This document shows positions 11,761-23,139 of a stretch of 64,000 bases of DNA, piece after piece (position 1 is the stretch's first letter; every line of letters begins with the position of its first letter). Position numbers and translations under genes: made by a program. The stretch comes from Selaginella moellendorffii (Eukaryota > Plantae > Lycopodiophyta). The stretch is taken from positions 1,716,517-1,780,516 of the forward strand of contig NW_003314291.1 in assembly GCF_000143415.4 (NCBI RefSeq). Reading direction: 5' to 3'. Below the pieces are notes generated by a model. The model saw nothing but the letters and a program-made list of their open reading frames with translations, did no database searches and was not told where the DNA came from.

Positions 11761-13197
11761 GAGTTGTTTCAGAACGAATCTAGAGTGACAAAATTGCTGT
11801 TGACAAAAGTGCCACTGTCACCCAGATTTGCAGCACACAAAAGAAAAGCTTAAGCTCACTGCTCCAGACTGCTCTATCTAGCTGATGTTTTGCCTTCTAC
11901 TGCAGTTCTCTTTCTTTTCCCTTTTATTCTCCAGTGCTTGTTGCACAACAGCTGTTGTGTTCATGATCGCTGTTGCTCTTGCTGCTGGTTTATTAATCTT
12001 TTGTTTATCAAAGATTAAAACTTGTTTTCTATCTTTTCTTATTTCCAGGGTGAAGATGTGGTCCATGATTTCTAACTCAACCCAATGAATGAAAGTTTTC
12101 TCCAAAGGATACAAAGCAGCCAAAACTCATTGATCGATTGAATCATTTGGCTTTTCAGCTTGGCTTTCATCAAGAAAAAGGGACACAGAAGATCGAGTGT
12201 CAAGAAAATCAAAGAAAACACAGGTGAGTATCACCCGATTGATTTAACGTGATCTTGACCACAGGAAATACGTACAAAACAAGAGGAGCTTGGTTTCTTG
12301 TTTAAGAAACAATATAAACAAACTTTTCCCTATCGATTGAGGTAAGCAAAAAAAGAAAAATTATGAAAGATCTCGAAGAAGACCATTTGGCAGATTTTTT
12401 ATAATGCCACAGAGATGATGGGAATTATTTTCTATGGTTCGAGATCACTTTGGACAAAATGGCACTCGTTCCCGCTTGGGCATTTCACGACTGACTCAAA
12501 AAATGCACGTCTCTTCCTTTTGTTCTTCGATAGAGAAAAAGGTTTGTCTTAATCACAAAGAGTTTATTTGCCAGGAATTCGTCCAGGAATGTTTTTGTTC
12601 TCCAGCAAAGGGCTCGAAGTTGGTTTTATCTATGCAAGGAATTTATCTTCCGAAAAAAGGTGGTGGAAAAACTTCCACTCGTTTAGCTATGAGGAAGGAA
12701 AACAAGCTGGGCAGGGAGTAGTGCTTGTGTGTTTTTTATTTGTTAAAGGAACTTGCAGCACTTATTCATGATAAAATCTTTCTTTTTGCCATTATCCAGG
12801 TAATGCTGGATGATCACTCTTGTCGGTTCGGTAATGAGAATGTGATTGAGTGCTAGCACCACTGATCACAATCCTCTCTCGACGATAACTCTCTCTTTGT
12901 TTCCTGCTTTATTTCTTGTTCTGTGTTAAAACTGAGAGCTCTGCTATTGCTCAAGCTCACAGAGAAAGAAGTCGGAAACGTCGTAGAAGACGATGGAATG
13001 AAGATCAAGCACAGTGGGGAGAGAGTGTCGCGGGCGGCATGGATTAGTCTGCTGGGTGGCTGCAGAGATCACGGGGACCTTGTTCGGGGCTCAAGAGCTG
13101 TGCACCACGTTTTCGTGCTTGATCCTCACAGCACTGTTCCTTATCTGGTGGTGGTGCCGGGCTTGAAGTTTCTTCAAGATGACCGGGATGAACCCGT

Positions 13198-16100
13198 GTG
13201 TGCCTTGCAGGGGTATTTGTAAAGGGTGGAAAGCTTGCCGTTTCAATGCGCTTGTCTCCCTCGGGAAGAGCTCTTTCTCGTGCTCAAGCAGCGTTGGGAA
13301 AGAGAGAATGGCCTCCAAGAATTTGGTTTGCCACTATGGCCGCGGAGCAGAGATCACAGGCTTCGAAACAAGGGATGGACAATAAATGCCCAGTGGGGGA
13401 GAAATCGGCAGCGGAGTATGCTCGACTGCTGCTGGCTTGCGGCAACGCAGCGGATTACATCCAAGCAAAACGCATCCACCAAGAACTCAAGCAGGTGAGG
13501 AATGACTTGGAAGAGGATTGCTACATTGGAAACATCCTCGTGACCATGTATGGCAAGTGCGGAAAGCCGAGGGAATCCCAAGAGGCGTTTGACCGCATCC
13601 TGGAGCCGAATGTCATATCCTGGAGCTCTCTCATTGCTGTGTATGCTGGTCAAGATACCATGTTCCAAGAATCCATGATGCTATTCCAGAGAATGCAACT
13701 CGAAGGAGTGCCTCCAAACAACGTCACCTTCGTCAATCTCCTTAAGGCTTTCAACTCTCGTCACCACCTTGCACAGGGAAAGCTGCTACACACTTTGATC
13801 TTGGACAGCGGCTACGAGTTGGACAGTTTCGTGGGAACAACACTGATGAACATGTATGGCAAGTGTGGGAGCTTGCGAGATGCACGGCTGGTGTTCGAGA
13901 GCACAGTGTGCCACGAGCGCTCTGCACCATGGAGCGTTTTGATGGCCGCCTACGTGAGCAATGGTAGGAACAAGGAAGCAGTGACAACTTTCTACTCGAT
14001 GCACCTCGAGGGAGTGACGCCTGATAAGATCGCTTTAATCAACGTTATGACGGCCTGCTCTACCCCGGACTTGCTAGCAGACGCCAGCCGGATTCACGCT
14101 TGTATCTCCGAGCACGAGTGCCGGACGGACGCTCCCGTGGTGAATGCGCTGCTCAACATGTTTGGGAAATGCGGGGGTGGTGTCGAAAAGGCCAGGGGGA
14201 TATTCGATTGCGCCGCATACGTAAAGACGAGTGCTTCTTGGAACACCATGATCGGTCTTTACGTCGAGCTCGGTTTCAAAGAGGAAGCGATGGTGCTGTT
14301 TCGGAATATGCTCCTCGATGGTGCGTCATCTCCAGACGAAGTTAGCTTTGCGAGGATCTTCACGGCGTGCGACGTGCCAGTGACGCTGCAGGGCCTGGTG
14401 GATTGCATGACCGACGCCGGCATCGCAGTGGACGTGGTCATCCAGACCGTCCTTGTCAAGTTGTACGCAGAGTTTGGGGAGCTGGGGCGGGCGCGAGACG
14501 TGTTTGACACCATGGTGCATAGGGACAGTGTGTTGTGGAACGTTATGATCACCGCTCATGCAAACCACGACGACTCTGGAGGTGCGTGGCTGCTGTTTTT
14601 GCAGATGCTTCTCGACGGCCAGCAGCCGGACCGGTTCACCATCGTCTCCGCACTGGAGTCGTACGCGGGGCTGGATGAAAAGAAGAAAATGCAGCTCGGG
14701 CAGCTTCTTGGCACTTGCACAGTAGAGGCTGGAGTGGCGACGGACACTCTGGTCCGTAACGCATTCATAAGCGTGCATGGCAAGTGCGGAATGCTAGTGG
14801 AGGCCGAGAGAGCCTTCGAAGGACTGGGAAGGGACGTGGTCTCGTGGAACACAATGTTGGGAGCGTTTGCGGAGAGCGGCTACTGGGAGGAGGCATTGCA
14901 TCTGCTGAGGAGAATGCAGCTCCAAGGAGAGAAGCCAAACGGAATCACTCTGATGGCGGCTGCAGCAGCAGTGAGCTGCTGCAGCGGTGGTTGTCAGGTC
15001 GCGATCACGCAGGAAGGCAAGAAGATTCACGAGTGGATTCGCGAACGCGGGCTGGGATCCAGCACTCAAGTTAGCAACAGCCTGATTCACATGTACGCCA
15101 GGTGTTGGTGTCCACGCGACGCGGAGGTGGTGTTCTCGGGAATGGAGAAGCGAGACGTGGTGTCATGGACGGCGCTGCTGTCGGCCTACGACGAGACAAG
15201 CGACGAGGAGGACTGCCGTGAAAAGGCGGTGGCATGCTTGCAGAGAATGCGACTGGAAGGAGTGACTCCTAGCAAGGTGACGCTGATCACGGCGCTCAGC
15301 ATTTTCGCAAAGCACGGCAACTTGTGCCAAGGCGGCATCGTCCACCAGCACGTCCGCGAGCTCGGGCTGGAAGACGACGCAGAGGTGGCGAGCAGCTTGA
15401 TCGACATGTATGGGGAGTGCGGGAGGTGGGAGGACTCGAGGCGGGTGTTTGAGGTGACGGCCGAGAGAGACGTGGTTGTGTGGAACGCGCTCATTTCCGC
15501 CTGTTCCAAGGACGTGACGAGACGTGATGATGAGGTGGTCATGACGCTCTTGAGAGGCATGCTGGTGGAAGGGTGCAAGCCGAGCAGGGTCACCCTGGCT
15601 GTTGTGCTCGACTCCTTGTCCGAGTCCACAGCACTCGAGCAAGGCCGAGCAGTTGACAGGCTAGTCCGGGAGCTGGGACTCGAGTCGGACACGGGCGTGG
15701 CCACCGGACTGGTGAGCCTCTACGCCAGGTGTGGGAAGCTGGCGGAGTCGAGCAGGCATTTTGAGAGGATTGCACGGCACAGAAGCTCGTCGGGGGCGTG
15801 GAACGTGTTCATGGCGGCCTGTGCCCGGCAGGGAGTCACGGAGACAGTAAAGAGCTTGTTCCACAGGATGCAGCAGCAGGGAGTGGATCCGGCAAACTGT
15901 ACGTTTGTGAGTTTGCTGAGCGCGTGTAGCCACTCGGGAGACTTGGAAGGCGCATGGCAGGCGTTCCGGGACATGGAGCGGGACTTTGGAGTGGCTCCCA
16001 GCAGCATCGAAAAAGGCTGCATTGTGGATCTGCTGGGTCGGAGCGGACGCCTGGCGGAGGCGGAGGAGTTGGCGGCGGAGGTGAGCGGCGACGCGTGGTC

Positions 16101-16236
16101 GGCCCTGCTTGCGTCGTGCGCCTTGCACGGTGATGTGGAGCGAGGAAGGGAAGCTGGGCAGCGATTCCTGTCCGAGTCGTGCTCGCCTCCGGCCTCCACG
16201 TACGTGACGCTGTCCAACAGCATCAAAGCGAGCTAG
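13198..16236 (+). CDS. PLS-class pentatricopeptide repeat protein with a C-terminal E-type motif and no DYW (true start may be a downstream ATG)
   Basis: Intronless 1012-aa ORF with repeated MYGKCG...A..F...DVVSWN motifs, LSACSHSG, CIVDLLGRSGRL and YVTLSN. Confidence 0.95.
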   Translation: MCLAGVFVKGGKLAVSMRLSPSGRALSRAQAALGKREWPPRIWFATMAAEQRSQASKQGMDNKCPVGEKSAAEYARLLLACGNAADYIQAKRIHQELKQVRNDLEEDCYIGNILVTMYGKCGKPRESQEAFDRILEPNVISWSSLIAVYAGQDTMFQESMMLFQRMQLEGVPPNNVTFVNLLKAFNSRHHLAQGKLLHTLILDSGYELDSFVGTTLMNMYGKCGSLRDARLVFESTVCHERSAPWSVLMAAYVSNGRNKEAVTTFYSMHLEGVTPDKIALINVMTACSTPDLLADASRIHACISEHECRTDAPVVNALLNMFGKCGGGVEKARGIFDCAAYVKTSASWNTMIGLYVELGFKEEAMVLFRNMLLDGASSPDEVSFARIFTACDVPVTLQGLVDCMTDAGIAVDVVIQTVLVKLYAEFGELGRARDVFDTMVHRDSVLWNVMITAHANHDDSGGAWLLFLQMLLDGQQPDRFTIVSALESYAGLDEKKKMQLGQLLGTCTVEAGVATDTLVRNAFISVHGKCGMLVEAERAFEGLGRDVVSWNTMLGAFAESGYWEEALHLLRRMQLQGEKPNGITLMAAAAAVSCCSGGCQVAITQEGKKIHEWIRERGLGSSTQVSNSLIHMYARCWCPRDAEVVFSGMEKRDVVSWTALLSAYDETSDEEDCREKAVACLQRMRLEGVTPSKVTLITALSIFAKHGNLCQGGIVHQHVRELGLEDDAEVASSLIDMYGECGRWEDSRRVFEVTAERDVVVWNALISACSKDVTRRDDEVVMTLLRGMLVEGCKPSRVTLAVVLDSLSESTALEQGRAVDRLVRELGLESDTGVATGLVSLYARCGKLAESSRHFERIARHRSSSGAWNVFMAACARQGVTETVKSLFHRMQQQGVDPANCTFVSLLSACSHSGDLEGAWQAFRDMERDFGVAPSSIEKGCIVDLLGRSGRLAEAEELAAEVSGDAWSALLASCALHGDVERGREAGQRFLSESCSPPASTYVTLSNSIKAS

Positions 16237-16348
16237 TTAATTCCAGAAAATATTCTGTCAAGGTTTTATAGCTAGGGTTCCTTTATCGGCGGAGCAAGGT
16301 GAGCTTGTTACTCGTGGTCTCCTGTGATTAGTTTTACGCCAGGCCAGA

Positions 16349-17506
16349 ATGGCGAAGAAGAAAACGAGAGAGAGCATCCTAGCTGACGAGAGCTCCGACG
16401 ACACCGCCCCTCTTCCTCCCCCGGCTCCCAAGGAAATGAAGAAGGCAGTGGCAGCTCAGAAGGTCGCGGTCCCGGCCAAGGAAGAGTCGGAGACGGAGTC
16501 GGAGTCGGAGTCGGATGACAGCAGCACGGAGGTTGTCAAGGCGCCAGAGCCGCCCCCGCCCCCGCCCAAGAAGCCCAACAAAGTGGTGAAGAAGGAGGAC
16601 AAAGGGAAGGAGAGGGACAACAAGGAGAAGGAGACTAAGGCTGCTCGCAAGGCTAAGAAGCGTCAAAGCGTGGACAGGTCTAGTGAAGAGACTGACACCA
16701 AGGTAGCAGTAGTAGCACCACCGCCGCCACCGCCGCCGCCGCCGCCAGCAGTGCCAGCACCAGCGGCCCCAGCATCACAGGCGCAGCAGCAGCAGCAACA
16801 AGATAAGGATGGCGCTGGCACGGACGCACCGCAGCAGCCCAAGTCGGGGCCGAAGAAGGGCCTGTGGGTGGCCAAAGACGAGAGCATTCTGGCACAGCAA
16901 ATGCTGGACGATCTCAAGGCCGGCTCCGACTTCCACGACAAGCCCAAGACGGACCCTTACTGGGAGGAGCTTTGCCACTCGCTCAAGGGGAAGCTGTCCA
17001 CCGATTTCACCAAGGAACAGATATTCGACAAGCACCGGCGCATGAAGGCCAAGTTTGACAAGTACGAGAGCAGCAAGCCGGGTGGGCGGAAGCGAAGCCA
17101 GGCCGTGGATGCACTGCAGGCCGTGTTCAAGCAGCTGTGGGGGCGAGATCTCCCGGCCGACCACGCTGGCGAGGACAGCAATGGAGACGTGGAGATGACT
17201 CCGGCCAAGAAGGGTGGCGAAGACAGAGTTGGCGACGAACTCAAGGCGGCACTCAAAGGTGGCGATGGAGGAACCGCCATGAGCTCGGATCCGGTGCTCA
17301 CCATAGCGGCTTCACTGCTACACTCCGTCATGGCAAGCCATAAGCTGGGAAGCGAGCTGACCAAGGCAGGATCGCGGGAGAGCCGCAAGAGGAACTTGGA
17401 GGACCAAATTGCTGAGTACTCGAGCATGAAGAGACGGCTCAAGCTGGCAATGGACTACTGCGAGGTGGAGGAGGAGCTGCTCGAGAAGAAGTTAAATACC
17501 ATCTAA
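16349..17506 (+). CDS. GeBP/STOREKEEPER-like (DUF573) DNA-binding protein
   Basis: Acidic/Pro/Lys-rich N-terminus, then WVAKDESIL...KLSTDFTKEQIFDKHRRMKAKF, which resembles the GeBP domain. C-terminal coiled coil. Confidence 0.7.
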   Translation: MAKKKTRESILADESSDDTAPLPPPAPKEMKKAVAAQKVAVPAKEESETESESESDDSSTEVVKAPEPPPPPPKKPNKVVKKEDKGKERDNKEKETKAARKAKKRQSVDRSSEETDTKVAVVAPPPPPPPPPPAVPAPAAPASQAQQQQQQDKDGAGTDAPQQPKSGPKKGLWVAKDESILAQQMLDDLKAGSDFHDKPKTDPYWEELCHSLKGKLSTDFTKEQIFDKHRRMKAKFDKYESSKPGGRKRSQAVDALQAVFKQLWGRDLPADHAGEDSNGDVEMTPAKKGGEDRVGDELKAALKGGDGGTAMSSDPVLTIAASLLHSVMASHKLGSELTKAGSRESRKRNLEDQIAEYSSMKRRLKLAMDYCEVEEELLEKKLNTI

Positions 17507-17548
17507 GTAGGAAGGAACGCGCTTTCCTAGAATTTTCCCTCCTTTTTC

Positions 17549-18610
17549 TTATAAGCAATGACTGTCATCCTGTCCAAAGTATTTACCAGCAACTGTGATA
17601 ATCATGTTGAGCATCTGGAGCTCGCCTTGGTCTTTAAATGTTTTGGACGCTCGGATTGCAGCGCAGCTTCTCAATAGCGTCCTCAGGGCAAAGCTCGTCT
17701 CTGCATCGATGGGCTTGCCCACGGCTGCAGTCAAGGCAAAGAGCCACACTGCCCTGTCGTGGGGGAGGTGATCCAAGCCTTCAAACCACCTTATGTGCTT
17801 TCGCAGCAGATCTGCTCGACTCACTTCATCCAAGTCGAGCAGAGTGTGGAGCTCTCCCCGGTAGAAAAGCAGTGGCCCGGCACCAAATTCCTCCAGCTCC
17901 TCGGCCACGGGGACGCCATCCTCCACACCACCACCTCCCTTGCCAAAGCACAGAGCCTTCCATCCACAGTCGTCTTTCATGTGCGGCACGGGCCTGTCAG
18001 ACGAGCTTGGCTCGCGAGCTTCGAACCTAGACCTGAGGCTGGCGAAAGTGAGCAAGAACTTGGCTTCCCAATCCTGTGTTGGCAGGAGCTGAGGATCGCA
18101 AGCCGATATAGCCGGAACCACTGGGACGTAGTGAGTTCGTTTGTCCACAGAGTGTTGGGGAGAGATGGTAGCAACTTTGACGGCTGGGTACCTTGCTGCC
18201 TCCCACTTGACACGACGCACGTACTCCCATCCATCGTCTGGTTCCTCCTTGTCGAAGTCGGGCTCTCCCTCTACCACGAAAGCGACCTTCTGGATCGGCC
18301 CAAGGTCTTGGTAGTCGTCCTCGTCGTCGTCTTCAATGTTGTAATCGCCATCGTTGCCCTCCAAGAAGCCCGGGAAGACGGCTTCGTCAAACATCCCCCC
18401 AAAATCCCCATCTTCGTCAGAATCGGCAGACACTCTCCTGCGCTTGTTGCTGCTGCTGCTGCTAGCCCTAGAAGGCCTACGTCGCTTCCTCTTGCTCCTC
18501 ACCACCACATTGTCATGGAGCATACCTGCGGCATCTACACCCGCGGGCAGTTCCTCCGAGGCGTCGCGCCTCAGCGCCTGGAGCTCCTCTCGGCTGTAGC
18601 GCATCACCAT
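17549..18610 (-). CDS. GEMIN2: Gemin2/SIP1 (SMN complex) homologue
   Basis: EGEPDF...PDDGWEYVRRVKWEA, WLFAL...LRTLLRSCA, LNMIITVAGKYFGQ. Confidence 0.9.
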   Translation of the reverse strand: MVMRYSREELQALRRDASEELPAGVDAAGMLHDNVVVRSKRKRRRPSRASSSSSNKRRRVSADSDEDGDFGGMFDEAVFPGFLEGNDGDYNIEDDDEDDYQDLGPIQKVAFVVEGEPDFDKEEPDDGWEYVRRVKWEAARYPAVKVATISPQHSVDKRTHYVPVVPAISACDPQLLPTQDWEAKFLLTFASLRSRFEAREPSSSDRPVPHMKDDCGWKALCFGKGGGGVEDGVPVAEELEEFGAGPLLFYRGELHTLLDLDEVSRADLLRKHIRWFEGLDHLPHDRAVWLFALTAAVGKPIDAETSFALRTLLRSCAAIRASKTFKDQGELQMLNMIITVAGKYFGQDDSHCL

Positions 18611-19260
18611 CGCTGCCCTTACAAGACGACCCTAGCCCGTCCACATGGTCAACCAAAAACTTTTCAAGTGTATTATTATTTACAGGCATACTTGTTGCCC
18701 GATTATTTATTTACAACATTTTGGTGGCTGCATTTTGGGTTACTTGTTACCCGATGGATCGGGTCCAGAAGGCACACACTTTCGAGCGCAATGCCTTTCT
18801 GCAATAACAACAGTGTTAGAAACTGGTAGGCTATGGGTGAGTGAGCGGCTTACTTCCGGAGGCCTCCACCACCTGGATCATTGCCAAAGCAACAAAAGCA
18901 ACAAGGATCAAGCACCAGCAGCATTGCCTTCGAAAATCCGCTGTGATTGGCATCATTAAAGGCAAGAATGTGAAAAGAGTGTCCAGTGCCGCATCCCAAA
19001 AGAGAAGGACGCTCCTTTTATACATCCATAGCGACGAACTTCGAGCAAAGTCATGTCCTCTTCTTGCGGCCAGCTGATCGAACATGCCCCATCCCTCGTC
19101 AAAGACGTGCCACCCCGTTGACATTCTGCTTGGACAGTCAACGAGGACCATTTCACTCTATATATATATTTATATCTCACTTTGGGACAGGCAGCATCCC
19201 ACTTGGTCCATACAAATACAGGTTTGTTTTACCGAAAGTGAAGGAGCGCGGCCTTTTCCT

Positions 19261-21933
19261 TCAGCTACGTTTGCATCCCTGGTGTGGAAACGAAAACGGT
19301 GTCACCGGCGGAAGTGACGGGAGTGATTGCAGAGTGAGCTTCCTGCCGCTCTTGAGGACCGAGGAAGACGACGGGGCGCCACCAGCGGCGAGCAGGCCGG
19401 CGTTGGGAGGGGCCACTCGCTTTTGCTTTGGCGAGCCCTTGATCCCCGACCTGGGAGACGAGCGCTCAGCTCTTATGAACTCGGGAGCTTCGTCTGACGA
19501 CAGCAGGTCGTTGAGCATCGACCTGGGAGACGAGCGCGGGGCTCTCAGAAACTCGGGGGTCTCGTCCCAAGCCAAGCTGTTGGAGTCCATGAGCTTGCTC
19601 ACTGATGTGGCTGGAGTTGTCGATGAAGGCGTATTTGTCGAGTCGCATGGCACAATGCTGGTGCATCTACACAAAGTAACCAACGTCATTCATCAAAAAT
19701 GAAAAAACAGGAAGCACGTCTTACACAGATGCATGCTGGATCAGCGTGGGGGTTATTGGGCTGAGGCTGGTTAAAGAACTGTTGCTATTGATCTGGAGTG
19801 GGTGTGGGTCTTCCAATGGATCAGCTTCGTCTTGAGCTGGAACAGAGACAACCGTCAAAATCGAAACATGAAACCAGCAGGAAAGACGTGCCTTTCTTGA
19901 TGCCGTAAATGTTTTTGCAGCCATTACACTTGCATCCATCCGAACAGCCAACGCCAGCCTTTAGACAGATGAAAACCAAGCGCACATAGTAAGTATAAGC
20001 AGAAAGACTTGACTTGATTGTACCTGGTAGCATTCGCAGTACTTTTTCAGACACAGCGACTTCTTGCAGTTACAGCCGCGCTTGTGCCTAGCAGATCCTG
20101 TTGTATCGGGGCAATTGGGCTGCAATGCAAAGAGGCTGTTAGTCATGGCATGTCCCGAAAACCAGATACCAACCCCTTCCGTCGGTGTGTTATCAGATGT
20201 CTGTACAATTTTGGGAGCAAATGCTAATGGATTACGAGTTTCGATTTGCTGACGGGTTCCCATGACTGTGTCAGCAAACTCGGGCTTGTTGAAGCAGTCC
20301 CGACAGGCGCAAGAGTCAAGGCAATAGACTCCAGCGGCAAAGCATTCGCAATATCTGTTAAGCAAAGCGTCAGAAACCTTCAAAGCCATATGCAATGCAG
20401 TCTCACAGTTTTAGGCACTTCGACTTTTTGCAGTGACATCGCTTGCAGCCGTCGCCAGCTTTTTCTCCAAGAGACTTCCTGCAAGCAAGATAAGTTTGCA
20501 AAGCCATAAGAATATGAGATACTACCTCCTCTTTTTAGGAGTCCGGCCCATTTCACCATCCATGGAATCGCTTTGCATTGACAAGCGCTTCCTCCCTGGT
20601 GTCACCACCTGTTCAATCCCAAACGGAGTACCCTCGTCCATTGCTTGAATACCAAGCGTAAGAGATCGGACGCACGTAGTTGACGTAAGTAAGCCTTCCT
20701 GGGAACCAGAAGTACCTTGCACCTCCTGCTCCATTCTTGTCTTCTCCACGACTGAGAACAAAAGGCCAGGCCGCAAGTTCATAGGACCTTGTCCACACAA
20801 GGCAAATCCTTCAGCACTTTGCATCTCTTGCGAGCACGATACGAGCGACTGAAGTGAAACCCCTCGTGGTGCCGTGAGCAGTCCCAGACTGTTGAGATGC
20901 AAACCGATACCAGATGGGACGGCCTCCCGCATGAGCTTCTTACAAGAATCAGAGCATCCAGAACCGGACAAACTGCTAATAAGCGTACTAAGAGACTCTG
21001 GCCCGGAGGTTGGCGTCGAGGAGACACCAGGAGACACAATGCAGCTAAGATTTTCGGCATTCGACTCTTGCGAGTCGGACTGAAAATCCAGGCATCTCCG
21101 TCTGGCTCCCCGCTGGTTCCTACTCGTCTGCAAGCCGGGACAAAGAAACGGTAAGATGCTTTGGAATGTGCATTCGCTGGCTTACCCGCACATCTTCGAC
21201 AGTAGAGTCTGTGTGATCTGTGTGTCCAGTAATTGCCAGCTTTTCCATGTTTGCAACCTCCAAATTGGCAGCCTCGCTGTCCGGCTCGTCACCCGAGTTC
21301 TTGAATGACGCTGCACCCTCGGGGGTATGGTCTTGGCCGGGAAGAAAACTAGCCAGCGTTGCATCTTGTTTGGAGGGTATTTCTTCGGTAGCATCTGCTG
21401 ATGTATCGGACGTGTTTTTCTGTTGCTGGTTGAGCACTTCTTCGGCAGGAGGTGAGCAAGTTAAATCGGACGCCTCAGTCGTTTCGGACTCGCGAGAAGT
21501 AGCGCCGCTAGTGCGAGCAACTCCAGCGCGTTCTCTGAGCAGCACACGTGAGACCAAGGCCAAAGTAGGCAGCTCCTCACCTCTTCTTTTTGGGCGAGAC
21601 GAAGACTGGAAGAGGTGCTGGGAAGCTTAGTTCCGAGTACGTCTGGGCGACATGAGCGGACTTGGCCTGCTTGATAGGAGAAAGGCTACACAGGAACTTA
21701 AACAGTGGAGACCCCTGCACAGCAGAGCTAGCGGCTGGATGAGCGAGGAGAGAGGATGTCATACTCACCTGGAGTTCCCCGCAGGGAGGCAGACACTGCT
21801 CCCGTTTAGGAGAATCCATGCCATGCACCTGAGACAAGGGCAATGTGAGCAAATTGTTTGCGCGGCCACGGACGATGTGTGAAAATGCGGGGCATTCTGC
21901 GACCCTAGATCATCAGCAGCGTACCTTGCTCAT
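19261..21933 (-). CDS. CRC-domain (tesmin/TSO1-like CXC, TCX) transcription factor, multi-exon
   Basis: [14 protein letters not shown]|[17 protein letters not shown] hinge, [20 protein letters not shown]|AGVGCS, C-terminal [10 protein letters not shown]. Start at 21933 (MSK exon) or 21819. Confidence 0.9.
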
Positions 21934-22369
21934 GCCAAGAAGCGAGATCCAACAAACCCTCTAGGCGCCATGCCCCGATCCGTGGCAGGCATTGGCGGGG
22001 CGCGAGATGAGCCCCAAAACCACAGAGATTCGGCGGCGGGGCGCGGCCCGTGCGCTAGATCCGAGCTCCACTCTTCTTGTCCGCCAGCAGAGCCAGGGAG
22101 GGAGAGGGTATAGGGTTGAGCTTAGGGTAGGGCATGGCTGGGCGTCGCTGGCTGGCTGGCTCCCGCCTTCCCGCACGCTCTCGCCTATTTAGCAACCCTT
22201 TTTCTTTTCACAAAACGCAGGCGCGGGAAACAGCAGCAAAGGGGGAGAAGGGCGGGCTGCCCGCGGGCAGACGGTCAACTGCGCTGCCACTTCCACCTGG
22301 CAGTACTGCCCTTTGAGTTTGATTTAATAAAGCATGCACTCCACTTTATAAAAACAAGATAACGAATTT

Positions 22370-22987
22370 CTACAAAAGCAGCGCCTGAGCAAAACGGTGC
22401 TGCTGGATTTGGATTTGGATTTGGATTTGGGCGGCACTTGGATCGCCAAAGCCGGCCTTGACGCCAATGCTGCTCTCCCCTCCTTGCTCGCACCGCTTCC
22501 TCTTCTTGTCCACGACCTTTTGCCTCTTCTTGGCTCGCTCCTCGTCTCGCTCGCTCGCATTCCACCAAGGTGGTCTTGTTGTTGCCGTCGTCTTTGCGCG
22601 CTTCCCACCACCACCCTCTTCGTCCCTGTGGCCCCGCCTCTTGTTCAGCGTCGCAACCCTCCTCCTCTTCCATGCCCTTGGACCACCAGCCTCGCCGCCT
22701 TGGAGCCCTCGCTTTCTCAGCAGGTCAGGCCCATTGTCCATCCAGTGGCAGCTGCTGCTACTGCTGCTGCTCGGCTGCGAGCAATCCATGTCAAGGACGC
22801 CATCGCCGCACAGGTCACTCGTGTCACACCCGCCCCCAGCTTGCGCTTGCCTGGTTGTTGGAATTGTTGCGCACCTCCTCGACTGCCCGTTGTCCGCGAG
22901 AGGAGAGGCGTTGGACGATGCCGCGCGCCTCACCGACGCAACGTTCTCCTTGCCTTTGATCAGGTACCCTCCCATTGCTTTGCACAT
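22370..22987 (-). CDS. Hypothetical small basic protein
   Basis: 205-aa ATG-initiated ORF with TATATA ~35 bp upstream and K/R clusters. No family recognised. Confidence 0.35.
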   Translation of the reverse strand: MCKAMGGYLIKGKENVASVRRAASSNASPLADNGQSRRCATIPTTRQAQAGGGCDTSDLCGDGVLDMDCSQPSSSSSSSCHWMDNGPDLLRKRGLQGGEAGGPRAWKRRRVATLNKRRGHRDEEGGGGKRAKTTATTRPPWWNASERDEERAKKRQKVVDKKRKRCEQGGESSIGVKAGFGDPSAAQIQIQIQIQQHRFAQALLL

Positions 22988-23139
22988 TGCTGCCCTAAAA
23001 CTACAAAAGAGGCGTCGCTCTATATATAGCAGGACCAGTGGTCCTCGGTTCGACTCTCGGTTCCTATAGCTGCCACAAATTAGCTACCAGGCCCTTGTTA
23101 AATAGTCCATCTTCCTCCCTGCGCAAGCAGCACAAGTGC

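Noticed and set aside
17759-18829. 356-aa ORF antisense to Gemin2 (similarly 28725-29711, 41685-42350, 45111-45938 and same-strand 31314-32174)
   Set aside because: Shadow frames of GC-rich real genes, with no recognisable motifs.
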